A stretch of 44,824 bases of DNA from an uncultured Flavobacteriaceae bacterium (GCA_938018045.1 CALIIP010000017.1:1-44824), one strand, 5' to 3'. Shown: positions 1 through 10,056, numbered from the stretch's first letter. The notes: a model not told the origin generated them from the sequence alone. Numbers and translations: made by a program.

Positions 1-142
1 TTAGGGATAACTAATAAAAACCCTTTTTTTGATGTTAAATAATAAAACGGTAAATTCGTATGCAACTAATTACTAATTATTTAACAACTATAAGATTCAC
101 GCTGTATTTATATAGAGCGAAGTCCAAATACGGGAAATAAAT

Positions 143-901
143 ATGATAAAATTCTTTAGGAAAATCCGTAAAAACTTACTTTCTGAAAACAAATTCAGTA
201 AATATCTATTGTATGCAATTGGCGAGATTGCATTAGTAATGATTGGTATTCTATTAGCACTTCAAGTGAGTAATTGGAATACTCAACGTCAAGAGAAACA
301 AACAAACGTCCTATTATTAAAAAAACTAGATAGTGAGTTGCAATTGAATATCAATAGATTAGTAGATCTAAAAGATGGTGATAATGGTTATGTAAGAAGA
401 ATTCAAAGAAGCGATTCTTTACAGATTATGCTCTCTAAAGGTTTAAATGAAAATGATATGGACAGAGCAATAAAAAATTATTTTGTTTCAAATACACTAA
501 ATTTATATACTTCTACATATGAAGAAATGAAAAATACGGGAAGACTTTATAAACTTGGTTCTGAAAAGCTACTGAATGAAATTGAAACGTATTATAGATT
601 GTGTGAAAGAGAAGAGTTTTATGTATTACAAATTAATAATGAAGTTCATTTACAAATAAAGAATGATATTAATAATGGTTGGTATAAAGTCCAACAAGAC
701 TATTATACTTTTGGAAAAGAATTAACAATAAAAGACAATCCTTGGTTATTTGATAGGCAATCACAAGAATATAAAAACATCAGCCGTCAAGTTAATTATG
801 CGAATTTTTATACAAAAAACATTCTAAAACGTGTTAATAGATTAATCGATTCATCTGAAAAATTACAAGAGATTATTAAAATAGAATTAAATAAAAATTA
901 A
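143..901 (+). CDS. DUF6090-family membrane-anchored protein
   Basis: N-terminus MIKFFRKIR...KYLLYAIGEIALVMIGILLALQVSNWN is the signature I recognise for this Flavobacteria family; one TM helix followed by a helical region. Confidence 0.75.
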   Translation: MIKFFRKIRKNLLSENKFSKYLLYAIGEIALVMIGILLALQVSNWNTQRQEKQTNVLLLKKLDSELQLNINRLVDLKDGDNGYVRRIQRSDSLQIMLSKGLNENDMDRAIKNYFVSNTLNLYTSTYEEMKNTGRLYKLGSEKLLNEIETYYRLCEREEFYVLQINNEVHLQIKNDINNGWYKVQQDYYTFGKELTIKDNPWLFDRQSQEYKNISRQVNYANFYTKNILKRVNRLIDSSEKLQEIIKIELNKN

Positions 902-902
902 T

Positions 903-1523
903 CTAAGGCAACATAATAAAAATTGCAATTCCTATAAACACAACTATTTGCACCCATTTTAAAATCACATCAAACTTATTATTATCGCGCAAAAATGAAG
1001 TCGCCTTATCTGCAACAATTGAAAGTGCAGAAAAAATTAGAAAAGCCTGAATTATAAACAAAAAGCCTAAAACAAAAATTTGACGTTTTGTATTTCCTGC
1101 TGAAACATCTATAAAGGCTGGGAAAAATGCCAAAAAAAATATTGTTACTTTAGGATTCAACACATTCATAATAAACCCTTGTTTTATCAATCCTGAAATA
1201 GATTTTTTAGGAACTGCGCCTGAATCTAAATCAATTTTAGCAGCACTTCGATACACTTTATACGCAAGAAAAAGTAAGTATACGGCTCCTATCAATTTAA
1301 TAGCAAAAAATAATTTTGGGGAATTCTGAATGACAGTCGAAACTCCGAACGCAATCAAACTTGTATGAATTATGATTCCTGAAACCAATCCAAATGCTGT
1401 TGCAATACCATACTTTTTTCCATGAGAAATACTTTGCATCAATACATAAATATTATCAGGTCCTGGAGAAACTGTCAAGGCAATTGATGCAATTAAAAAT
1501 GATATGATTGTTTGGGTTTCCAT
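903..1523 (-). CDS. LysE/RhtB-family amino-acid exporter
   Basis: SPGPDN motif, GAVYLLFLAYK, NVLNPKVTIFFLAFFPAF; 206 aa, hydrophobic. Confidence 0.92.
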   Translation of the reverse strand: METQTIISFLIASIALTVSPGPDNIYVLMQSISHGKKYGIATAFGLVSGIIIHTSLIAFGVSTVIQNSPKLFFAIKLIGAVYLLFLAYKVYRSAAKIDLDSGAVPKKSISGLIKQGFIMNVLNPKVTIFFLAFFPAFIDVSAGNTKRQIFVLGFLFIIQAFLIFSALSIVADKATSFLRDNNKFDVILKWVQIVVFIGIAIFIMLP

Positions 1524-1528
1524 GAAGT

Positions 1529-1536
1529 CAAAACTA
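1529..1536 (-). promoter_or_regulatory. Bacteroidota primary-sigma -7 element (TAGTTTTG) for the LysE gene
   Basis: Exact TAnnTTTG match 5 nt before the ATG at 1523. Confidence 0.55.
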
Positions 1537-1565
1537 CTACTTTTTTATAATTTGTGAAATTTAAT

Positions 1566-1592
1566 TGTAAGCATTTAAAATTTCATTCGACT
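1566..1592 (+). promoter_or_regulatory. ECF-sigma-like promoter TGTAAG-N16-CGACT
   Basis: Resembles the ECF consensus tGtAAC-N16-CGwC; lies 26 nt upstream of the spondin gene ATG. Confidence 0.5.
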
Positions 1593-1618
1593 GAAATTTA
1601 AATCTTTAATTATATGTA

Positions 1619-2548
1619 ATGAAAACTACCAAAAACTTTTTAAAATTACTCTTGATCATACTACTATTCAACAGCACAACTATTTATAGTCAATCGTCAG
1701 CCATTTATGAAATTAAGTTTACAAGTGTTTGGAATTCTGGTGATCATGGAGCACTTCCTGGAGGAGCACATTGGTCTAATCTTGTTGGAGCAAATCACAA
1801 AAACGCAAATGAATTTCTTGAAATGGGAATGATGGCTTCGGCTGGTATTGAAAATGTTGCTGAACTTGGAAGTAATAGCGTGTTTATTAACGAAATTAAT
1901 AACGGAATGGCAGAGCACTTAATTAATGTAACTTCATTATCGAATAGTGCAACTGGTTCTGTAACTTTACCTCAATATGAGTTTGACGGTGATTATCCGT
2001 ATTTAACACTTGCTTCAATGATTGCTCCAAGTCCTGACTGGTTTATAGCAATAAATAGTTTAAACCTTAGAGAAGGTGGAAATTGGAATGAAGGTGATAT
2101 AAATAATGAAATTAATATTGATTTATTCCCTTATGATGCTGGAACTGAAAATGGAAACACATACACACTTTCAAATCCTCCAACTAATCCTCAAGGTAAT
2201 ATTACTAGTTTAGTAAATGTAGCACCTTTTAATGATCAGCGAATTGGTTATTTCACGATATCATTTATTTCTTCTTTAAAAGTAGATGAAGAAAAAATTA
2301 AAGAAAGCATAAAATTATATCCAAATCCAACCAATGATGGAATGATTACAATTTCAAATTTACAAAATAGTGGAATTGATAAAGTTCAAGTTTATAATTT
2401 ACTTGGAAAACAAGTATTAAATGATGTTTTGAATAATGAAACTTCAAAAACTATTGATTTATCTGACTTAACTGCTGGAATATATATTGCTAAATTAACT
2501 TCAAGTGATGGAAAGCTAAATATTACTAGAAAAGTTGTTTTAAAATAA
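1619..2548 (+). CDS. Spondin (Spond_N) domain protein with T9SS type A C-terminal sorting domain
   Basis: Signal peptide; HWS, SMIAPSPDWF and YDAGT spondin motifs; C-terminal LYPNP...VYNLLGKQV...GIYIAKL...RKVVLK. Confidence 0.85.
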   Translation: MKTTKNFLKLLLIILLFNSTTIYSQSSAIYEIKFTSVWNSGDHGALPGGAHWSNLVGANHKNANEFLEMGMMASAGIENVAELGSNSVFINEINNGMAEHLINVTSLSNSATGSVTLPQYEFDGDYPYLTLASMIAPSPDWFIAINSLNLREGGNWNEGDINNEINIDLFPYDAGTENGNTYTLSNPPTNPQGNITSLVNVAPFNDQRIGYFTISFISSLKVDEEKIKESIKLYPNPTNDGMITISNLQNSGIDKVQVYNLLGKQVLNDVLNNETSKTIDLSDLTAGIYIAKLTSSDGKLNITRKVVLK

Positions 2549-2550
2549 AT

Positions 2551-3591
2551 CTAAGAAGCCCTCTCTTTTAAAATTGCCTTATTAATCTTTTTAATAAGGC
2601 TTGGACCTTCGTAGATAAATCCAGTATAAATCTGGACTAAGTCTGCACCTGCTTCAATCTTGTCTAGAGCATCTTGCGCAGAATGAATTCCTCCAATTCC
2701 AATTATCGGAAATGATTTGTTAGAATTGTCAGCAAGGTATTTAATAACTCGTGTGCTTCTATCTGTTAAAGGCTTACCACTCAAACCTCCATTTCCGATA
2801 GTATTTAAGCGCTCATTAGAAACTTTTAACCCTTCTCTGTTTACTGATGTATTTGATGCGATAACACCATCAATTTTGGTGCGAGCAACTAATTCTATAA
2901 TTTCATCCAACTGATGATTATTTAAGTCTGGAGCAATCTTTAACAAAATTGGTTTTTGCATTGATTGTTTATTGTTAACTTTTTGAACAGCAATAATCAA
3001 TTCTTTTAAGTAGCCTACATCTTCCAGTTTAGCATGACTAGAAACGTTAGGACAACTTACATTCAACACAAAATAGTCAACATGTGGATGTAATTCTTTA
3101 AAACAAGTCAAATAATCTTCGGTATAATTTTCAGGATTTGTAGCAGTGTTTTTACCAATATTCCCACCAATAATAACTGTTGGATTGATTTTCTTAAGTC
3201 TATCAACAATGACCTCTAAACCATCATTATTAAAACCCATTCTATTGATTATACCCTTATCATCTTTGAGTCTAAACAGTCTTTTCTTAGGATTCCCAAC
3301 TTGTGCAATTGGCGTTACAGTCCCTAATTCAATAAAACCAAAACCGAAATTTTCCAATTCTGGAATTAACAAAGCATTTTTATCAAATCCTGCGCCTAAA
3401 CCAACAGGATTTTTAAACGTTAATCCAAATAATTTTCGTTCTAGTCTTGAGTTTTCTATGGTATATATTTTCTTAACTATAGATGGAATAAACGGAACCT
3501 TAAACACTGTTTTCAAAAACCTGAAAGTGAAGTGATGCACCTTTTCTGGATCAAACAAAAATAATATTGGTCGGATTATAAGTTTATACAT
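2551..3591 (-). CDS. pyrD: Quinone-dependent dihydroorotate dehydrogenase (class 2)
   Basis: [44 protein letters not shown]. Confidence 0.96.
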   Translation of the reverse strand: MYKLIIRPILFLFDPEKVHHFTFRFLKTVFKVPFIPSIVKKIYTIENSRLERKLFGLTFKNPVGLGAGFDKNALLIPELENFGFGFIELGTVTPIAQVGNPKKRLFRLKDDKGIINRMGFNNDGLEVIVDRLKKINPTVIIGGNIGKNTATNPENYTEDYLTCFKELHPHVDYFVLNVSCPNVSSHAKLEDVGYLKELIIAVQKVNNKQSMQKPILLKIAPDLNNHQLDEIIELVARTKIDGVIASNTSVNREGLKVSNERLNTIGNGGLSGKPLTDRSTRVIKYLADNSNKSFPIIGIGGIHSAQDALDKIEAGADLVQIYTGFIYEGPSLIKKINKAILKERAS

Positions 3592-3596
3592 TTTAT

Positions 3597-3663
3597 TTAG
3601 GTTGTTAGATTATTGGAAAAATTAGATTATTGGAGTCCAATAACTAAAAATCCAACTATCCAA
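3597..3663. repeat. Inverted, about 8-bp-periodic degenerate repeat array between pheT and pyrD
   Basis: TTRGR at 3597, 3605, 3613, 3622, 3630 (TTAGATTATTGGA twice); complementary TCCAA/ACTAA at 3636, 3643, 3651, 3659. Confidence 0.65.
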
Positions 3664-3667
3664 AATA

Positions 3668-6094
3668 CTATCTCAATTGAGCCTCAAGATTCTTTTCTAA
3701 AGACTGTTGAATTTTACTCATCACCTTATCTATCTGCTTGTCATTTAGCGTTTTATCAGTGTCTTGCAAAACAAAACTAACTGCATATGATTTCTTACCT
3801 TCTGGTAATTTATCACCTTGATAAACATCAAATAAATCTACTTCTTTTAATAAATTCTTTTCAGATTGAAAAGCAGTTGTGTACACATCAGAAAATTTAA
3901 CCTCTTCGTTTAACAACAATGCTAAATCACGTTTTACAGCAGGAAACTTAGGTAAATCTTCTACTTTAATGTTCTTTCTGCTTGTAACCTTCAAAATGCT
4001 ATCCCAATTAAAATCAGCATATAAAACTTCTTGTTTTATACTAAATTCTTTTAAAACTGATTTATTAACGACTCCAAAATCAACTAGTTTGATTTTACCT
4101 AAAGAGAAACTAATACCTTCAGAAAATACATCGTTTTTTGTTGGTGAAGTTTTCATTTTTGATATTCCCAATCTTCCCAAAATAGTCTGTACTACTCCTT
4201 TTAAATAAAAGAAGTCTGAAGATTTATTAGTTGTAGACCAACTATCTTTTACACGATTACCACTAACAAATAACGTTAAATGTTTTTGTTCAGAATAACC
4301 ACTTTCAAACTTGTGATAGGTCTTTCCTAATTCAAAGAATTTAAGTGAATTTTTTTTACGGTTTATATTGTAAATTAAAGATTCTAATCCGCTGAATAAC
4401 AATGATTGGCGCATAACACTTAAATCATTACTTAACGGATTAAGCATTGCCACATTATGGTCGCTCTTTAAGTTTTCTGATAAAGAAATGTATGCTTCTT
4501 TGGTCAATGAGTTAGACATTATTTCATTAAATCCTTGAGAAATTAATTGACTAGAAATAACATCTTCAACTTTAATAGCATCAAAATTATCAAACGAAAT
4601 TGAAGTATTTAATTTATGTGAATATTTTACGTTGTTATAACCATATACTCTCAAAATTTCTTCAATTACATCAACTTCTCTTTGCACATCAACTCTGTAA
4701 GAAGGAATGGTTAAACCCAAACCAACTTCAGTTTCACTGTTTATTTTAATTTCTAGTGACGCAATAATATTTTTAATTGATTCTTTTGGAATTACATCTC
4801 CAATCAATTTATTAATATGATCATATGCTATAAATACTTCAAAATCTTCAATTTTATCTGGATAAAAATCTGACATATCAGAAGTTATTTTACCTCCAGC
4901 AATTTCTACAATCAATAATGCTGCTCTTCTGAGAGCGTAAGTAACAAAATTTGGATCTATACCTCTTTCAAACCTAAAAGAAGCATCAGTATTTAATGCA
5001 TGTCTTTTTGCGGTTTTACGAATTGAAACTGGATTAAAATAAGCGCTTTCTAAAAATATACTTGAAGTACTTTCTGAAACTCCAGAGTTTTTTCCGCCAA
5101 AAACACCTGCAATACATAGTGGATTAGATTCTCCATCACATATCATAATATCATCTTGATGTAACGTTCTTTCTACATCATCTAAAGTTGTAAACTCTGT
5201 ACCTTCTTCTAATGTTTTTACAAGAATTTTATTTCCTCTAATTTTTGATGCATCAAATGCATGTAAAGGTTGACCAAGTTCATGTAACACATAGTTTGTG
5301 ACATCTACAACATTATTTTTTGGAGTGATTCCAATAGCATTCAATCGATTCTGGAGCCATTTTGGAGACTCTGCAACTGTAATATCTGATATAGTTACAC
5401 CGCTATAACGCGGAATTAACTCTTTATCCTCAACTTCAACATCTATCCTTAAAGTACGTTCGTCTACATGAAAACTAGATACTGAAGGGGAAATTAATTC
5501 TAGTAATGTTCCTTGCTGAATCATTCCTGCACGTAAATCTCTTGCAACGCCATAATGACTCATAGCATCTGCTCTATTTGGCGTTAATCCGATTTCAAAG
5601 ACTTGATCTGATTCTATTTCAAAAACTTCAGCACATGGAGTTCCAACAACTAAACTTTCTTCTAAAACTAGTATTCCGTCATGACCTTTACCAAGACCTA
5701 ATTCGTCTTCTGCGCAAATCATTCCAAAACTTTCTTCTCCTCTTATCTTTCCTTTTTTTATTTTAAATGATTCACCTTTATCATCATACAACAAAGTACC
5801 AATAGTAGCAACAGGAACTTTTTGTCCTGCAGCAACATTTGGCGCTCCACAAACAATTTGAACTGGAGTATCTCCTCCAATATTTACTGTTGTTACTTTT
5901 AATCTATCTGCATTCGGATGTTGCTCGCAAGTAAGAACTTCACCAACTACAATTCCTTTCAAACTTCCTTTTATAGACTCCACAGTTTCAATTCCTTCAA
6001 CCTCAAGGCCTAAATCGGTCAACAATTCACTAGTTTTTTCTGCTTCCCAATCAACCTTTAAAAATTGCTTTAACCAATTGTATGATATTTTCAT
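3668..6094 (-). CDS. pheT: Phenylalanine--tRNA ligase beta subunit
   Basis: MKISYNWLK, HPNADRL, IVCGAPNV, LTPNRADAMS, RFERGID, C-terminal FDX-ACB region (FPAVKRDLA); 808 aa. Confidence 0.98.
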   Translation of the reverse strand: MKISYNWLKQFLKVDWEAEKTSELLTDLGLEVEGIETVESIKGSLKGIVVGEVLTCEQHPNADRLKVTTVNIGGDTPVQIVCGAPNVAAGQKVPVATIGTLLYDDKGESFKIKKGKIRGEESFGMICAEDELGLGKGHDGILVLEESLVVGTPCAEVFEIESDQVFEIGLTPNRADAMSHYGVARDLRAGMIQQGTLLELISPSVSSFHVDERTLRIDVEVEDKELIPRYSGVTISDITVAESPKWLQNRLNAIGITPKNNVVDVTNYVLHELGQPLHAFDASKIRGNKILVKTLEEGTEFTTLDDVERTLHQDDIMICDGESNPLCIAGVFGGKNSGVSESTSSIFLESAYFNPVSIRKTAKRHALNTDASFRFERGIDPNFVTYALRRAALLIVEIAGGKITSDMSDFYPDKIEDFEVFIAYDHINKLIGDVIPKESIKNIIASLEIKINSETEVGLGLTIPSYRVDVQREVDVIEEILRVYGYNNVKYSHKLNTSISFDNFDAIKVEDVISSQLISQGFNEIMSNSLTKEAYISLSENLKSDHNVAMLNPLSNDLSVMRQSLLFSGLESLIYNINRKKNSLKFFELGKTYHKFESGYSEQKHLTLFVSGNRVKDSWSTTNKSSDFFYLKGVVQTILGRLGISKMKTSPTKNDVFSEGISFSLGKIKLVDFGVVNKSVLKEFSIKQEVLYADFNWDSILKVTSRKNIKVEDLPKFPAVKRDLALLLNEEVKFSDVYTTAFQSEKNLLKEVDLFDVYQGDKLPEGKKSYAVSFVLQDTDKTLNDKQIDKVMSKIQQSLEKNLEAQLR

Positions 6095-6123
6095 GCTCTT
6101 TTTATCTATTTCAATTTAATTGG

Positions 6124-6131
6124 CAAAGGTA
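6124..6131 (-). promoter_or_regulatory. -7 element (TACCTTTG) for pheT(-pyrD)
   Basis: TAnnTTTG match about 30 nt upstream of the ATG. Confidence 0.6.
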
Positions 6132-6229
6132 ATAGATTGCTAAATAATATCATAACCAATTATATTTAATTAAAATTCACTAACTTACACATCGATAAAT
6201 ACGATTTATTAACATTTAACTTACTGAAA

Positions 6230-6439
6230 ATGAAAAAAATAATTACCCTCATGACTTTCGCTTTCTTTGTTTCTATTATCACAATTTCTTGTACTGATAA
6301 GAAAAAAGAAGAAGAAAAAACAAAAGCTGCCGTTGAAAAAATTGAAGCTGCAGAAAAAGAAATGGAAACTATTTCAAACGAAATTGAAGAAAAAACCAAT
6401 ACTATTGAAAAAGAAATTAACGAATTAGACAATTTATAA
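6230..6439 (+). CDS. Small coiled-coil lipoprotein, function unknown
   Basis: MKK, hydrophobic stretch, lipobox TISC, then E/K-rich helix. Confidence 0.75.
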   Translation: MKKIITLMTFAFFVSIITISCTDKKKEEEKTKAAVEKIEAAEKEMETISNEIEEKTNTIEKEINELDNL

Positions 6440-6451
6440 AACTCAGAAAAA

Positions 6452-7111
6452 ATGAAAAAATTAATCATATTGTTTTTTGCAATACTACTTATAGCAGGAA
6501 CTCAAACTGCCATTGCACAAGGAAATTCTCAAAAAGAAAAAAGCAAAAAAGAATTAAAAGAAAAAGGAAAAGACCTCAAAGAAAAAGGTGAAAAGAAAGT
6601 TCGTGAAGTAAAAGAAAAGCACGAAAAAGGTAAAGAAAAAGAGCACAAAGACAAGGATAAAGAACGTGAGCATGATGAAGATGATGATAGTAGAGATAAT
6701 GGAAAAATAAAAGACAAAGACAATAAAAAAGAAAAGAAAGAGAAGAAAGAAAAGGTTGAGAAAGAGAATAACGGAAAAGGGAATGCTTACGGAAAAAACA
6801 AAGGAGATTTAACAGGTCGAGAGTTTGGACAAGCACGTGCTAATGAAGCAAAAAATAAAATCGAAGAAAGAGAAGTAAGAATAAAAAGAAGCGAAGATAC
6901 TGTTGAAAAAGGGCGAAGAAAAGTGAAGGAAACTCGTGAACGCGTTAAAAAACAGCACGAAAATAAAGAAATAAACGATAAAGAACTTGAAGAAAAAGAG
7001 GTTAAAATAAAGAGTGTAGAAGAAGATTTAAATGATTTAGAAGAGAAAATAAAGAAAGGAAAAGAAAAAGCGCTTCAAAAGAAAAAAGAAATTGAGACTA
7101 TTTATGAATAA
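6452..7111 (+). CDS. Exported K/E/D-rich low-complexity / coiled-coil protein
   Basis: Signal peptide ending AIA-Q; highly charged; central GKGNAYGKNKGDLTGREFGQARA motif. Confidence 0.75.
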   Translation: MKKLIILFFAILLIAGTQTAIAQGNSQKEKSKKELKEKGKDLKEKGEKKVREVKEKHEKGKEKEHKDKDKEREHDEDDDSRDNGKIKDKDNKKEKKEKKEKVEKENNGKGNAYGKNKGDLTGREFGQARANEAKNKIEEREVRIKRSEDTVEKGRRKVKETRERVKKQHENKEINDKELEEKEVKIKSVEEDLNDLEEKIKKGKEKALQKKKEIETIYE

Positions 7112-7136
7112 TAATTCTTGAAAGAACAATTATTTT

Positions 7137-7176
7137 AAGCGACATCTAAAAGTTATTTTAGATATCGCTTTTTTTT
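7137..7176 (+). terminator. Intrinsic terminator of the 6230-7111 operon
   Basis: AAGCGACATCTAAAA-GTTA-TTTTAGATATCGCTT stem (1 mismatch) followed by a T run. Confidence 0.8.
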
Positions 7177-7216
7177 AAACTAATTAATATTCAGAAGATA
7201 TATCAGTGTTTTTATT

Positions 7217-7224
7217 TAGTTTTG
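7217..7224 (+). promoter_or_regulatory. -7 element (TAGTTTTG) for the SDR gene
   Basis: TAnnTTTG match 22 nt before ATG 7247. Confidence 0.5.
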
Positions 7225-7246
7225 TAGTAGATAATTGAAATTCAAA

Positions 7247-7939
7247 ATGATAGACATTAAAGGGAAAAATGCATTAATAACTGGTTCTAGTCGTGGTATT
7301 GGACAACAAGTCGCAATAGGATTGGCAAATAAAGGATGTAATATTATTGTTCATGGTAGAACTAAAGAAAATTGTTTAAAAACATTAAACCTTTTAAGCG
7401 ATTACAACATTAAATCGTATTGTGTTTATGGAGATTTGTCAAGTCAAGAAAGTGTCCATCAAGTTATTAATCAAGTAAATGAATTAAATATTAATGTTGA
7501 TGTTTTATATAACAATGCTGCGATAATGACTTCTTACAAAGAAGATTATTGGCAACATGATTGGGAAGAATTTATACAAAGCATGAAAGTAAATGTTTTT
7601 TCAATTTACACGTTATGCAGTGCGTTTACACCTTCGATGATTGAAAACGGTTTTGGGAGAATAATAAACCTTGTATCATCAATAAAAGATCAACCAGAAC
7701 TTTTACCATATAGCACCTCTAAATGGGCAATAGCAAAATTTGCAATTGACATTGCTGCAAAGTTAGAAGGAACTGGTGTTAGAATTAACAATCTAGATCC
7801 TGGATGGTTAAGTACTGATATGGGAGGAGAACATGCTGAACATTCAGTAGAAAAAGTTTTACCAGGAGCATTAGTTCCTGTATTAATCGAAAATGATGGC
7901 CCAAATGGTCAAACATTTTTTGCAATAGATAATAACTAA
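7247..7939 (+). CDS. Short-chain dehydrogenase/reductase (classical SDR)
   Basis: TGSSRGIG, NNAA, YSTSK catalytic motif, DPGWLSTDMGG; ATG 7247 preferred over TTG 7235. Confidence 0.9.
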   Translation: MIDIKGKNALITGSSRGIGQQVAIGLANKGCNIIVHGRTKENCLKTLNLLSDYNIKSYCVYGDLSSQESVHQVINQVNELNINVDVLYNNAAIMTSYKEDYWQHDWEEFIQSMKVNVFSIYTLCSAFTPSMIENGFGRIINLVSSIKDQPELLPYSTSKWAIAKFAIDIAAKLEGTGVRINNLDPGWLSTDMGGEHAEHSVEKVLPGALVPVLIENDGPNGQTFFAIDNN

Positions 7940-7942
7940 AAA

Positions 7943-10048
7943 TCAACTTATATTAGACCAAATCTCACCGTTTTTATTTAATTTTTGATAGGCTCCATGG
8001 ATATTTAAGTTTTCTGGTTTTTGTAACGACGCATCATCTTGTAAAGTTTCAAAAGCAGTTGCTCTTGCTTTGGTAAGTATATTTCCATCTCTAACAATAT
8101 CAGCAATTTTAAGGTTTAAAACGCCACTTTGCTGTTTTCCCATAATATTTCCAGGACCACGCAACTTTAAATCTACATCAGCAATTTCAAAACCATCACT
8201 TGTAGTAACCATTGTTTCTAAACGAATCTTAGCATCCGCAGATAATTTAAAACTCGTCATCAAGACACAAAAACTTTGGTCTGCTCCTCGCCCAACTCTT
8301 CCTCTTAATTGATGTAATTGTGATAAACCAAAACGTTCTGCACTCTCAATAACCATAACACTTGCATTCGGAATATTCACTCCAACTTCAATGACTGTTG
8401 TAGCAACCATAATCTGTGTTTCGCCTTTTAAAAATCTGTTCATTTCAAATTCTTTATCTGCAGGTTTCATCTTCCCGTGAACTATTGAAATCTGATATTT
8501 CGGCATAGGAAACTCACGAGAAATACTCTCATAACCATCCATCAAATCTTTATAGTCCATCTTTTCAGACTCTTGAATTAATGGGTACACAACATATACT
8601 TGTCTTCCTTTGGAAATTTCTTCCTTCATGAATTTAAATACACTAAGTCGATTGCTATCATAGCGATGTGCAGTCGCAATTTCTTTTCTTCCAGGAGGCA
8701 ACTCATCAATCACAGAAATATCTAAATCACCATAAACACTCATTGCTAATGTTCTCGGAATTGGTGTTGCAGTCATCACTAAAATATGCGGAGGTAAATC
8801 GTTCTTTTTCCATAATTTCGAACGTTGCTCTACACCAAATCGATGTTGCTCGTCAATAATAGCCAAACCTAAATTCTTAAATTTTACTTTATCTTCTATG
8901 AGCGCATGCGTACCAATTAGAATGTGCAAACTTCCATCTTCCAAAGCCTCATGAATTACCCTTCTATCTTTTGTTTTGACTGATCCCGTGAGAAGTTCAA
9001 CTTTAATATCTAAGCCGTTCAACAACTCTTTCATAGAATTGTAATGCTGAGTTGCCAAAATTTCTGTCGGAGCCATAATTGCTGCCTGAAAACCATTATC
9101 TAGCGCTATAAGCATCGAAAGCAACGCTACGATTGTCTTTCCAGAGCCAACATCTCCTTGTAAAAGCCGATTCATTTGTGCATTTGAAGCAACATCTTTT
9201 CTAATTTCTTTCAAAACACGTTTTTGAGCGTTTGTTAAATCAAATGGAAGATTGTTTTTATAAAAAGTATTAAAGTAGTCTCCAACTTTTTGAAACGGAT
9301 ATCCTTTTATTTTTGATTTTCTGATAAGTTTCTTTCTGATTAAACGCAACTGAATAAAAAATAGTTCTTCAAATTTTAATCTGAATTGTGCTTTAGCCAA
9401 TAATTCTTGGCTTTTTGGAAAATGTATATTAAATAATGCTTCACTTTTTGATATTAAAGTATGCTTTGTAATAATTTCTTCGGATAATGTTTCTGCAAAG
9501 TTGGAATTTAATTCCTCAAATAAACTTTGCATCATTTTTTGAACAACTCTGTTTGAAACACCTTTGTTTGCAAGCATCTCTGTAGAAGGATAAACAGGTT
9601 GCATAACAGTGCGCAAACTTTTTTTATACTCACTCACCAATTCCATCTCTGGATGAGGCATCGAAAAAGAGTTATTGAACGAATTTGTCTTCCCAAAAAT
9701 TACATAAGGTGTGTTTATTTTTATGGAATCTTTTATCCATTTTACGCCTCGAAACCAAATCAATTCCATCGTTCCAGTTTCATCTACAAAAGTGGCTACT
9801 AACCTACTTCCTCTTTTTTGTTGAACAGTTTTAAGCGAAGTTACCTTACCAACTATCTGAATTTCAGCAGTATTTTGTTGTAGTTGATTGACTTTAAAAA
9901 ACTGCGTTCTATCAATATATCTATTTGGAAAAAAGTTTAGCAAATCACCAACTGTTCTAATTCCCAATTCTTTTTTCAACAAATCTGCTCTCGAAGGACC
10001 AACACCTTTGAGATATGTAATAGCAGCTTGTGAATTGTATTGAGACAT
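7943..10048 (-). CDS. recG: ATP-dependent DNA helicase RecG
   Basis: LLQGDVGSGKT, DEQHRFG, MTATPIPRTL, QLHQLRGRVGRG, DLKLRGPG. Confidence 0.98.
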   Translation of the reverse strand: MSQYNSQAAITYLKGVGPSRADLLKKELGIRTVGDLLNFFPNRYIDRTQFFKVNQLQQNTAEIQIVGKVTSLKTVQQKRGSRLVATFVDETGTMELIWFRGVKWIKDSIKINTPYVIFGKTNSFNNSFSMPHPEMELVSEYKKSLRTVMQPVYPSTEMLANKGVSNRVVQKMMQSLFEELNSNFAETLSEEIITKHTLISKSEALFNIHFPKSQELLAKAQFRLKFEELFFIQLRLIRKKLIRKSKIKGYPFQKVGDYFNTFYKNNLPFDLTNAQKRVLKEIRKDVASNAQMNRLLQGDVGSGKTIVALLSMLIALDNGFQAAIMAPTEILATQHYNSMKELLNGLDIKVELLTGSVKTKDRRVIHEALEDGSLHILIGTHALIEDKVKFKNLGLAIIDEQHRFGVEQRSKLWKKNDLPPHILVMTATPIPRTLAMSVYGDLDISVIDELPPGRKEIATAHRYDSNRLSVFKFMKEEISKGRQVYVVYPLIQESEKMDYKDLMDGYESISREFPMPKYQISIVHGKMKPADKEFEMNRFLKGETQIMVATTVIEVGVNIPNASVMVIESAERFGLSQLHQLRGRVGRGADQSFCVLMTSFKLSADAKIRLETMVTTSDGFEIADVDLKLRGPGNIMGKQQSGVLNLKIADIVRDGNILTKARATAFETLQDDASLQKPENLNIHGAYQKLNKNGEIWSNIS

Positions 10049-10056
10049 TTTTTATT

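Noticed and set aside
1-142. Cassette-type recombination site or terminator upstream of the DUF6090 gene
   Set aside because: Only a 4-bp AGGG/CCCT stem with a long loop; no convincing inverted core sites
3668-6094. pheT without adjacent pheS
   Set aside because: Separation of pheS and pheT is usual in Bacteroidota
6530-7100. Purine-rich, repeat-looking DNA tract
   Set aside because: Explained by AAA/GAA codons of the K/E-rich protein; no fixed repeat unit
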